64,000 bases of DNA from Takakia lepidozioides (taxonomy: Eukaryota; Plantae; Bryophyta): contig CM060731.1 in NCBI GenBank assembly GCA_030704615.1, forward strand, positions 60,574,001 to 60,638,000. The letters run 5' to 3'. The notes beneath the pieces are model-generated. The model had not been told where the DNA came from, searched no databases, and saw only the letters and a list, made by a program, of their open reading frames with translations. Shown here piece by piece: positions 53,504 to 64,000 of the stretch (the first letter of the stretch is position 1; each line of letters begins with the position of its first letter). The translations under genes and the position numbers were made by a program.

Positions 53504-55746
53504 TCAAGGGGCCTTTGCAAGACTCTTGATGCAGAACGGAGTACAGTCTTCACCCACGGTACCTTCCCAAAGCTTGTTGGCAAGAATTCCATGTACTTTC
53601 TGCGTGAAATGAAGGCTGTCCCAGTAGATGTAGTCATCAGCATTGGTGCAGACAAATCTACTAAGGATGTGCTCGGCACAGGTCAACAATCCATTCGGCA
53701 GGCTTATCCCACAACAGGCACTGTGTTTCACCTTGAACATAAGATCTGCAAGATACCACCACACGGAACTTCATACACGTGTTGATCAGTTGTATGTTCT
53801 TAAATCACGTTAACTAAACGTGAACTTAGCTACGGCCTGAATGCCTTGCTTTGCGGAACCGATGACAATAGAAACAAGACTTGTATGAACTCACCGGAAC
53901 CCGTGGTATCAGACTCGAGGTTGTAAAGTGCGTCGTAAAGGTTTCCATAGACGATGTAACTTCTTTCCTGAGTCTCTGTCAACTCATCAAGCTGCGGTGT
54001 CTTGTCATAGTATGTAGTAGTAAATTGCTTCAACCGCTCGTTATATCGCTGCGTGAAATTGTTCTCAGCGTCACGGCATCCACTGGCCCCGTTAGTTCTA
54101 TAGAGGAGGATCCAGATGGGATCGCAACCCACAGGTTTAGATGAAACAACAACCATCTTGCGAGCTCCCGCCAGAGAAAGATCCTGAAGATTAATCGAAT
54201 TTTAGTGAGATAGACAACGCTGATTATAGCCTGGGAATTTAAATAGAGTGTAAATTGGAAAGTCTGCACAAAGAATCAGCTAGTGAATCAGTTAGTTAGC
54301 CAAGCTAGAAGTCACCAGTGGTACTATTATATGTAAACTCGCACCAGAGCGTGAAGCGCTTACACTTAGACCGCCTAAGATATGCCTGTAGCCCATCCAA
54401 ATACGAATGAGAATCAATCAATCAGGAGGCTAATTTTTAATGATTTCGATACGGGGCTGAGAAAAGGAAAATCAATACCTGTAGGTATCTCCTTAAGAGT
54501 TGGAGAAGCAACGTTTGAAACTCAATTTCATTGTACTGTGCTCGGAGTGCTGGGCTGAGAAGATACTGATTTCTGTAGTCGTTGTTGTCCAACATACTTA
54601 TTACGTAGATAGCATCAATGAGATTCTTGGTGGCTTTGGATTCTCCGAGCATCTCTATCAATTCTTCCCGATAGTGGTAGTACCATTCCACCTGTCTCGA
54701 GAGCGGTGCGACATCCTGCAAAATCCAAGTTGAAACAGTACTCAGCAGACGGCCGACCTCTCGACGACACGACCACTGCGCGCCTCTTCCATGTACAATG
54801 CACAATCTGGAGGATCGTTTCAATACAATTCTTGAGCAGTAGTCGTGCGCTAGCTTTCAACTCTAGTATGGTAGACTGCGCTATTAAATAAACAAGTAAC
54901 CAACGGACGTTTACGCAGATAGGTGGAAGATGTTTTAGAGGACGAAAAGTTCTTATCTATTGCTCAAGTGCGAATGTTTTGAATAGCGACTCTAAATCTG
55001 GAAAGCGTTTAGCAGTCGGACTCTGCAAGCTGGACGTTAAACCAAATTTAACTAAGAGTTCTTCGATCTTATGTACAATATACTTGAAAGGATATAGGAG
55101 CTGATCTTACGTAAATGGATGCAGTGTCCTCCAAGATACCCGAGCCTGCCGACGCAAAATTAACCCCTTGGGGGGCCTCCAACGTATACCTTTCAGGATC
55201 CGAATATGCAGGTGGATATGGAAGGTGCAAGTACTCGGCTGCAACCATGCAAACAGATTTCAATAGACTCATCACATGTGGCCATTAGGTTAATGTTTAG
55301 AGACTCTCGAGCGAGTGGCGGAAACATTCGAAGTCTGAAATTCATGGCATGTACATCGATTTCCTGCAAGATCACCTAGACTCAACATCTTTTACATCAC
55401 AAGCACAATGAAAATAACTGCAGTGTACATCATTTGAACAGATCCGCCAGCACGCAGGAAGTGTTAAAATCACGTCGCAATATTTCCGCTGTTTTCAAGC
55501 CTTACCAAGGTAGTCCACGAACAGTTTTCCGTTGGAGAACCTTCCAGTCGGTAAAGCGGTAGAATTACGCCAGTCTCTGCCATAGGGACGACGATTACTC
55601 TTGAAGAGAGTGAGAAGGTGGTTGTTGTTTCCCACATCCACAGAAGAGTCGCCAAATATATAGAGTGCTGGGACTTTCTGTCCATTGCACAGGTGTGCAC
55701 GTAGGATTATGAAAGGTAGTAGAAGATAAACCAGAAGCGGTGACAT
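53504..55746 (-). CDS. GDSL esterase/lipase, secreted type
   Basis: Five exons: 55746-55506 (signal peptide, FGDSSVDVGNN, TGRFSNG), 55238-55111 (GVNFASAGSG), 54715-54479 (NNDY), 54183-53895, 53745-53504 (ACCG, YWDSLHFT, containing the catalytic DxxH). GT-AG and phase-consistent. Confidence 0.95.
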
Positions 55747-56462
55747 GTCTTCGCGCCTTGCAGAGCCCTGCATCTGGACTTTGCAGTGAGAATGTTATGG
55801 ACTAGTCCTGACTCTAATAAACGTCAATCTATTATACAATTCTGTATAACACCCGTATAACACAGGTCGGCTGTCTCCAGATTAGTTGCTCGAAGACATT
55901 TTGGAGGACTTACTTTTCCCAGACCTACAGTAACAAATGCAGCTTGTTCATAGAAGACAGAGCTTAAGATCGAGCAACAGACTATCTACTATCAATTAGA
56001 ATCTCGGTCGACACGATGTAGCTATACGTACACTAACGGGGCAGTTACCATCAATTATCGCCTACACCAAGAGCACTAGCACAGAGCGATCTGAAGGGAG
56101 AAAGACGAAGATAGAGCGTGGTATTGCAGATGGAGCCGAGCGAGAAGGAAGAGCCGAGGGTTCCAGAGCCGCTGTAGCTATTCACCGCCAATCCCACCCC
56201 GCCTTAACGACAGCGACACAACAATACAAACAAATAAAAATAAAGACGGGAAATAAATACACAACTAGCGCGCTGCCGCCCTCACGAGTCAACCCCGTCC
56301 CGATTTGCGGGACCTTCGTGCCAACCGGGATTTCAACCCCAGATTACCAGGGCTAGCCATTTACCTATTACCATATTTTCTGTTCATCCACTGAAATTTG
56401 GACAGAATCATCTTCCTCTGTACTTTCATCCATGTATATCATCCATATTAGGCGAATTCATC

Positions 56463-56650
56463 CAGGATTTATTTTTTTTGGAGAATTTTGGCGATTTCAT
56501 CCATGAGAAAATAGTGAATTTCAGACAGAATACTCTATTTTTTAGATTTTTTTAGTTTTTTTAGTTTTTTTTTAGTTTTACTTTTTTGCATAACAGGTAT
56601 TTTTTATTTGAGGTCGAAAAAGTGCGAAATTCGCCAGAAATAAAAAACTG
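56463..56650. mobile_element. Possible short hAT-like MITE
   Basis: CAG...CTG ends with an imperfect TIR (caggatttattttttttggagaattt versus cagttttttatttctggcgaattt). Flanks aattcatc/tattcata match 6 of 8. Confidence 0.3.
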
Positions 56651-57266
56651 TATTCATACATGCTCCCAATCTGGTCTCCAACTGTAGCAATTGTGCTTAA
56701 TAAAATTAAACCATGGCCTCTGTCCCCTGTTCTGTAAAAAACAACAAAAAAAACAAAAAAATAAAAATAAAATTGTGTTCTGAAGTGGGTGGCCTCTGGC
56801 CCCCAACCTTGAACTCCATGGGTTAAGGATAGCTTTCGACAATATTCATGCAAGTTTGTCAAAGGGCCACACCACAAGAAACAAACAAACATGTGCAAAT
56901 TTAAGATGCTGAACAAACTTGTGCACAGGGCTGCCCCTCTAATCAAGCTCATCAAAATTCGTATTCACTTCCATCTTCAAGCTTTGGAAGCTCCACCACT
57001 CAATCCCAGAACTAGGACAGCACTCGGATTTCCATCCACTGTCACCAAAGTCAGTCCAATATCACCCCTTCAGTCAAGTGCAATTATGGGCTGACTTCCA
57101 ACCTATGCCGGGTAGACCCCACTATCATTTCCCATGGATATGCCACAGGAAATGCACTCAACAGTACATCATGGTCAATACTCTCAGGAAATGATGGATG
57201 ATCTGAGTAGCTACACAGATCACTGAATGAAGCAAGAAACTCGCATCTTTCCAAGAAAACATCCTT

Positions 57267-60200
57267 TCACCAGTAATCTCCACAAGAACAAATCCCATCT
57301 TCAAAGTGGTGAAAGCGGTTAGCATCCCGTACAACAATTGCTCGGCCAACAATCTTTGAGATGAATTTGGTGGAGGTGTGGCAGTCACCACACACTCGAA
57401 GATTCTTGATGAGACGGAGAGGCGTCCTAGGGGTCGTGCTGATCAGCCCAAAACCAATGGCCAGCTTCTCACTGTGGTGGCAAAGAGAAAATTCCTTTTC
57501 CTCCTCCCCCACATCATGCAATACACAGCGCGTGTCAGGCACATACCCCGCCTCCTTCATCTGCCCAGACAATCTTCTCAGCTCAGCATGGATTTCCTTA
57601 ATTCTGGGATGCAACTTGTCATCTACAACGAAGGTGTGCACCCTGTTGCCAACCTCAATGCAGCAGCGACCTGGCTCCTTTCTAACCCCTCTGGCCTTCA
57701 TCATTCCTCTCACCTTTGCAGTATCATCCCACCTGCCAGCTGCAGCATAGATGTTTGAGAGCAACACATAAGTCGCGGCATCCTGTTCATCCCACGTGAG
57801 GATAGATGTTGCTGCACGTTCAGCCATCTGCACATTGCCATGGATTCTGCAGGCACCAAGCAAGGCCTTCCACACCACAGCATCTGGATTCATGGGCATT
57901 TTATTAATCAGGTCCACTGCCTCATCCAGTTGTCCCGCACGTCCAAGAAGGTCCACCATGCAGCCAAAGTGCTTTACTGTCGGAGTGACACCATGATCTT
58001 GACTCAGGGAATCAAAGTAGCGTCTTCCTTCATTTAGTAGGCCAGCGTGGCTGCATGCAGAGAGAACACATATAAAGGTGATACTGTCCGGCTTTAAGCC
58101 GTTCTTTTGCATTCCTTCAAATAGTTGCACGACCTCCCTATGACAACCATGCTGTGCATATCCTGCGATCATCGCGTTCCATGACACCACATCTCGTTCA
58201 GCCATACTGTGGAACACTCCCTCTGCATCCTCGATGCTCCCACATTTTGCATACATGTCCACCAGGGCAGTGTTCAGGATCACATCTGGTACAATTCCAG
58301 CTCTGACGATGTCGCCATGCACCTCTTTGCCCTTTTCCAGGGCTGCCAGGCTGGCACACGCACTGCAAACACACACAAATGTGATGTGGTCGGGCTTCAT
58401 CCCTTCCCCCATCATTTGCTCATACGTCTCCAAAGCCTCCATCCCGCGCCCCTGCTGTGCATACCCTGCAAGCATCGCGTTCCACGACACCACACTTCGT
58501 TCAGCCATATTGTGGAACACTCCCTTTGCATCCTCGATGCTCCCACATTTGGCATACATGTCCACGAGGGTATTGTTCAGGATCACATCTGGTACAATTC
58601 CAGCTCTGACGATGTCGCCATGCACCTCTTTGCCCTTTTCCAGGGCTGCCAGGATTGCACACGCACTGCAAACGCACGCAAACGTGATGTGGTCGGGCTT
58701 CACCCCTTCCCCCATCATTTGCTCATACGTCTCCAAAGACTCCATCCCGCGCCCCTGCTGTGCATACCCTGCAAGCATCGCGTTCCAGGACACCACATTT
58801 CTTTCAGCCATATTGTGGAACACTCCCTTTGCATCCTTGATGCTCCCACATTTGGCATACATGTCCACCAGGGCAGTGTTCAGGATCACATCTGGTACAA
58901 TTCCAGCTCTGACGATGTCGCCATGCACCTCTTTGCCCTTTTCCAGGGCTGCCAGGCTTGCACACGCACTGCAAACGCACACAAACGTGATGCGGTCGGG
59001 CTTCACCCCTTGGCACATCATTTGCTCATACATCTCCAAAGCCTCCATCCCGCGCCCCTGCTGTGCATACCCTGCAATCATCGCGTTCCACGACACCACA
59101 TCTCGTTCAGCCATACTGTCAAACACTCCCTTTGCATCCTCGATGCTCCCACATTTTGCATACATGTCCACCAGGGCAGTGTTCAGGTTCACATGTGGTA
59201 CAATTCCAGCTCTGACGATGTCGCCATGCACCTCTTTGCCCTTTTCCAGGGCTGCCAGGCTTGCACACGCACTGCAAACGCACACAAACGTGATGTGGTC
59301 GGGCTTCACCCCTTCCCCCATCATTTGCTCATACGTCTCCAAAGCCTCCATCCCGCGCCCCTGCTGTGCATACCCTGCAAGCATCGCGTTCCAGGACACC
59401 ACATTTCGTTCAGCCATACTGTTGAACACTCCCTTTGCATCCTCGATGCTCCCACATTTGGCATACATGTCCACCAGGGCAGTGTTCAGGATCACATCTG
59501 GTACAATTCCAGCTCTGACGATGTCGCCATGCACCTCTTTGCCCTTTTCCAGGGCTGCCAGGCTTGCACACGCACTGCAAACGCACACAAACGTGATGTG
59601 GTTGGGCTTCACCCCTTCCCCCATCATTTGCTCATACGTCTCCAAAGCATTCCTACCACACCCATGCTTGGTAAATCCTGCCAACATTATATTCCACGTG
59701 ATCAAAGATCGTTGAGGCATTCTGTTGAACACTTGGTGAGCATCCATGATGCTCCCGCACTTAACATACATGTTCACAAGGGTGTTGAGGAGAAAAACAT
59801 TTGGCGTGAATCCAGTTTCGATAATGTGAGTGTGCACCTGCTTTCCAGCTTCCAGGCCTTTCACCTTGATGCACTTATGCAAGAGACAGACATACGTTTC
59901 TGAATCTGCTGAAATGCCTCCTTGGTTTAAAGTCTGTAGAGCCTCTTTCAGTCTGCCTGCCTCACAAAGCATCTGCACACGCCCAGAAGTGCCAGAAGAG
60001 GCATTGTGGACTCCCTCTCTTGATCCTCTTCCAGAAGCTGTGGTCATGGTTGAGGTGCCTGATTTTATAAACTGAGCCACTGCAGGTGCTGCCTTTAGCT
60101 GACCATCTACCCATGCAGGTTTCTTGTAGCTATTGATCCACAGGGAATCATAGGTAATCTTGTGCTTGAAATCTGGCCCTCTTGGATGAATCTGGACCCA

Positions 60201-61593
60201 CACTCCATCCCTGCTCCTTCAGCTAGCCATGCCTCTGCACAAATCATGCATACATCCTTGCCTTGCTGCTAGCAGCTGACAATGACAGCCTAGATTTGTT
60301 CTAGGAAACACCCAACTCAGCTCATGACACTAGTTCCTATGCTCATTGCGTCTGCTACTCTCCGTAATCCAACAGGCATTCACCTTTTTGCCTCGATTGT
60401 CCCACCATTGACTGGGGTCCAAATCGTATTCTTTCCACAGCTTCTCCTCATCTCTGTTACCTGATTCTGTCACATTGGCAATATCATGTCAAAGTCACTC
60501 CAAACTATCAAAGGGTCACTCAACCAGCTAACTTGCAGAATTCAACATGGAAATTTAGGGCCGGTTCTGATAAGATGGAAAAACAGGGTGCAATGTGTTG
60601 AAGAAGGTACCTTCATTAGCAGTGTCTGATTTTATCAATTGTGCCGCTGCTGCTGCAGCTTCCAGTTGATCTACCCATGCAGGTTTCTTGTAGCTATTGA
60701 TCCACAGGGAATCATAGGTAATCTTGTGCTTGAAATCTGGCCCTCTTGGATGAATCTGGACCCACACTCTATTCCTGCTCCTTCAGCTATCCATGCCTCT
60801 GCACAAATCATGCATACATCCTTGCCTTGCTGCTAGCAGCTGACAATGACAGCCTAGATTTGTTCTAGGAAACACCCAACTCAACTTATCACACTAGTTC
60901 CTATGCTCAATTGCATCTGCTACTCTCTGTAATCCAACAGGCATTCACCTTTTTGCCTCGATTGTCCCACCATTGACTGGGGTCAGAAAAGTAATCATTC
61001 CACAGCTTCTCCTCCTCTCTGTTACCTGTTTCTGGATACTTTCCTGTTGTCACATTGGCAGTATCATGTCAAAGTCACTCCAAACTATTTAAGGTTCACT
61101 CAACCAGCTAACTTGCAGAATTCAACATGAAAATTTAGGGCTGATAAGAGGGAAAAACGGGAGAGGGTGCCTTCATGAGCAGTGCCTGATTTTATCAATT
61201 GTGCCGATGCTGCTGCAGCTTCCAGTTGACCATCTACCCATGCAGGTTTCTTGTAGCTATCCTTCCATAGGGAGTCATAGGTAATCTGGAGCTTGAACTC
61301 CGGCCCTCTTGGATGAATCTGGACCCACACCCCATCCCTGCTCCTTCAGCTATCCATGCCTCTGCACAAATCATGCATACATCCTTGCCTTGTTGCTAGC
61401 AACTGACAATGACAGCCTATTCTTCCAGCAAACACCCCAACCATACTTATCACACTAGTTCCTATGCTGACTTGCGTCTGCTTCCAACAGTCATTCACCT
61501 TTTTGTCTCCATTGTCCCACCATTGACTGGGGTCGGAAAAGTGTTCATTACAAAGCTTCTCCTCATGTCTGTTATCTGTTTTTGGATGCTTTC
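57267..61593 (-). CDS. PLS-class PPR protein with E1/E2/DYW deaminase domain (C-to-U editing-factor type) and three N-terminal OSB-type PDF motifs; start codon not resolved
   Basis: Terminal exon 60191-57267: PDF second half, PLS array, PG box KEPGRCCIEV, HSEKLA, LRVCGDCH, CSCGDYW*. Upstream exons join in frame: 61593-61499, 61318-61171 (GC donor), 61043-60949, 60755-60611 and 60466-60384. Confidence 0.88.
58195..59710 (-). repeat. Five near-identical tandem 303-bp P-L-S PPR triplets
   Basis: A 101-aa unit (VVSWNAMLAGYAQQG...ITFVCVCSACASLAALEKGKEVH...NTALVDMYAKCGSIEDAKGVF...) is repeated five times with few nucleotide differences. Confidence 0.95.
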
Positions 61594-61650
61594 CTGCTGC
61601 CACATCGGCACTTACTTGTCAAAGTCATTCCAAACCACCACAGATCCATT
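60040..61650 (-). repeat. Three tandem about 560-bp exon-intron modules, each encoding one PDF motif
   Basis: Exons and introns are both repeated (for example gcacaaatcatgcatacatccttgcc at about 60237, 60801 and 61364). Confidence 0.93.
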
Positions 61651-61770
61651 GCAACATATGGCAAATGAAAGGCTACAACTTGGATGCAGACACCATATTC
61701 AATATGCAAATTCAGGGCCGAGTCTGATGAGAGCGCAAAACGGGCTGAAATAGGTCGAAGAAGAAGGTGC

Positions 61771-62271
61771 CCTCACCACATTGTCCTTGACCTTGTGTCA
61801 TGATCCATGGAGGATTTGACCGACCATCAAAGGACCTCTTCTGTGTGCTGCTTGTGTCTGTAGTCAGGTAATGTCGGATTGGTCTGTGGGAACCACCACG
61901 GTGCAGCTGAGCAGGCAGAGATCGAAACACGGCCTGCTAAGACCAAGCTGACTCTCCCAAGAACCTTGTAAACATCAGGACGAAAACCAAATCATGGTAC
62001 TAACAGGAGCCAAGAGCCCACATTTGCAGGATGGACAAACTTCTTCACATCGTACTTAAAAGAATAAGCCACACCTTGCGATTGCGGTTGCGACTGCGGT
62101 TGTCCCACCATCGTGAAGGATCTTTAAAAAACTCATGCCAGCTCTGCTCCGTGCTCCAAGGTAGAGGTTTGTGCTCGAAAATCCGACAGCATCAACATTT
62201 TGACAAGGTCCTTTACTGAGGGGTGCTAGTGAGCTTTCAACAACATTCATGCAACTTGTTTTGGGCTCCAT
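61771..62271 (-). pseudogene. Degenerate fourth PDF module and putative 5' region of the PPR-DYW gene
   Basis: EQSWHEFFKDPSRWWDNRSRNRNRK|gt (exon end 62075), then ag|TNPTLPDYRHKQHTEEVL from 61883, then a frameshift to DGRSNPPWI. The upstream ATG ORF (62271) is out of frame with the motif. Confidence 0.6.
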
Positions 62272-62342
62272 TGGGCTCTACACGATGAGCAACAACGAAC
62301 ATGTCCAGACTTACACAGATGCTAACCCAGCTTATGTTTGCA

Positions 62343-63218
62343 GTCTGGAGATTGTAGAGTGATCTCTGAAAACTATCTTTCAGATTGCTATCTACGGGAT
62401 GTGTGCAGGGCGACCACAGCAGCTCCTACATTCTTTGCCCCTTACTATTTCAAGGCAGCTGACGGAAACAAGATTCGAGAATTCAATGCAGTGGATGGTG
62501 GGATCGTTGCCAATAATCCGGTAGTAATATAATCTGAACTGATAATATATTGTACTAAATAACACGTTCCTCACTCTTTGCAAAACCGTTTTTGCAATCT
62601 TTTCATAACCTTGACTGGTGCTTAGTTCTTACCAACTCTGACTGATATTGGACTGATGACATTATCATATCTGAGTAGTCTAGTGCCATAATCCTTGACA
62701 ATACCTAAGTACATTAGTGGTTGTTGTGGTCAGGCCTTTATCTCCGTCACTGAGTTTGCTAGAGCTGAAATTGTTGAGTCCCAGCAGCGACAGGTTACCC
62801 CAAAGCTGGTAGGCATTTCTTGTTTGTTCCTTTGAGTTAATAGATTATATGTACTTGAGAAAAACAGAGAGAGTCAGTCCTGCTGCAAGGGTTCCATTAT
62901 CAGCCTTCAATTTTCTTGAGTCATTTTCACCCTTGCATCAAAAAGACTCATTATGTAGGCTTCTTTCAGAATCTTTTCCTGAACTGACTGCCCAGATATC
63001 CTCCAGCACTACGAAGATCTTCTGGTCCTCTCTCTAGGTACTGGAGAGAAAGTCGTGAGTTACGACTCTAAGGAAACTTCAAGCTGGGGCATTTCATGGA
63101 TTTACCACAACGGCAGTGTCCCCATATATAATCTACTGTCAGTAGCATCCAACTCGACTACAATCTTTCGACACTCTTTCATATTCAATCCTGCCCAGAG
63201 AACCACCTTCGGATTCAG
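62343..63218 (+). pseudogene. Patatin-like phospholipase fragment (C-terminal half only)
   Basis: Exon-like pieces DVCRATTAAPTFF...NAVDGGIVANNP|gt (62343-62520), AFISVTEF... (~62734-62808) and LLVLSLGTGEK...WGISWI (~62996-63218). The N-terminal GxSxG half is absent and the 3' piece is frameshifted. Confidence 0.82.
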
Positions 63219-63626
63219 GTCGTTATTTGAAACGGGCCATCAACATTGCAGAGTTCCTCCTCCATCGGCCAAAACTGGAACCTTCGCGAAAAACCTTAGC
63301 TTGGGTTTTCGCCTTCTTGCCCGGGCAGCAGCCCGACAAATACTTGGAAATACGTTACGTACTTATTGATATACGGAACGTATACATAGGCAGGTAGCCC
63401 GGGACCCTAGGCCCGGGCCTAGGCTGTAGAATCTTCTTAGGTATGTATCCTAGGCTACATAGATTCTTCACATACCCCAGGCCCGGAACCCCGGGACACG
63501 GGATATTCTAGGAATCTACCCCGGGATATTGGAGTCTTCCCGGGGCCTGGGGTTACTTTGGAAGACCACAGTAGTATCCTTGTTGAAGTTCGGTAAAAGC
63601 ACACGTTTTCTTGAGCAGAGTTTGGA

Positions 63627-64000
63627 GTTCGTTGTTGCTCATCGTGTAGAGCCCAATGGAGCCCAAAACAAGTTGCATGAATGTTGTTGAAAGCTCACTA
63701 GCACCCCTCAGTAAAAGACCTTGTCAAAATGTTGATGCTGTCGGATTTTCGAGCACAAACCTCTACCTTGGAGCACGGAGCAGAGCTGGCATGAGTTTTT
63801 TAAAGATCCTTCACGATGGTGGGACAACCGCAGTCGCAACCGCAATCGCAAGGTGTGGCTTACTCTTTTAAGTACGATGTGAAGAAGTTTGTCCATCCTG
63901 CAAATGTGGGCTCTTGGCTCCTGTTAGTACCACGATTTGGTATTCTTCCTGATGTTTACAAGGTTCTTGGGAGAGTGAGCTTGGTCTTAGCAGGCCGTTT
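63627..64000 (+). repeat. Near-identical inverted duplicate of 61927-62300 (5' region and first PDF exon), continuing out of the window
   Basis: ORFs 62056-62271(-) and 63656-63871(+) differ at 2 of 71 aa. The DNA matches in reverse complement up to the window edge. Confidence 0.95.

Noticed and set aside
57267-57700. Reverse (U-to-C) editing 'KP'-type DYW domain
   Set aside because: The PG box (KEPG), HSE and terminal DYW are canonical for the C-to-U type.
58209-59903. 564-aa and 493-aa plus-strand ORFs
   Set aside because: Antisense shadows of the tandem PPR units: one stop-free unit repeated gives long open frames.
58195-61650. CRISPR-like or satellite array
   Set aside because: The repeats are coding PPR units and exon-intron modules, with no repeat-spacer structure and no cas genes.

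Overview
Eukaryotic nuclear DNA, most likely from a non-seed land plant (inferred from gene and TE content; species not determinable). Host genes: a UBC8/9/10-type E2 (minus, running off the left edge), TOM9/TOM22, a ZNF598/HEL2-type E3 ligase, PSA3, a GDSL lipase, a PLS-class PPR-DYW editing factor and a patatin fragment. About 5.7-30.3 kb is a nested TE island. It holds an endonuclease-bearing Helitron (Helentron-type) split by foreign blocks, two copies of a chromodomain Ty3/Gypsy element, and an L1-type LINE. A target-site duplication shows that an ~8 kb segment (22307-30314) was inverted after the LTR element inserted into the LINE. Best candidate for an undescribed system: the PPR-DYW gene has tandem two-exon modules upstream, each encoding an OSB-type 'PDF' ssDNA-binding motif (three in frame, plus a degenerate fourth), spliced onto the PPR tract. 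Its PPR array is five near-identical 303-bp units whose specificity residues differ. Its 5' region is also duplicated head-to-head at the right edge of the window. A dispersed repeat carries a degenerate amino-(N4C/N6A) DNA-methyltransferase-like motif. All calls come from manual reading; no searches were run.
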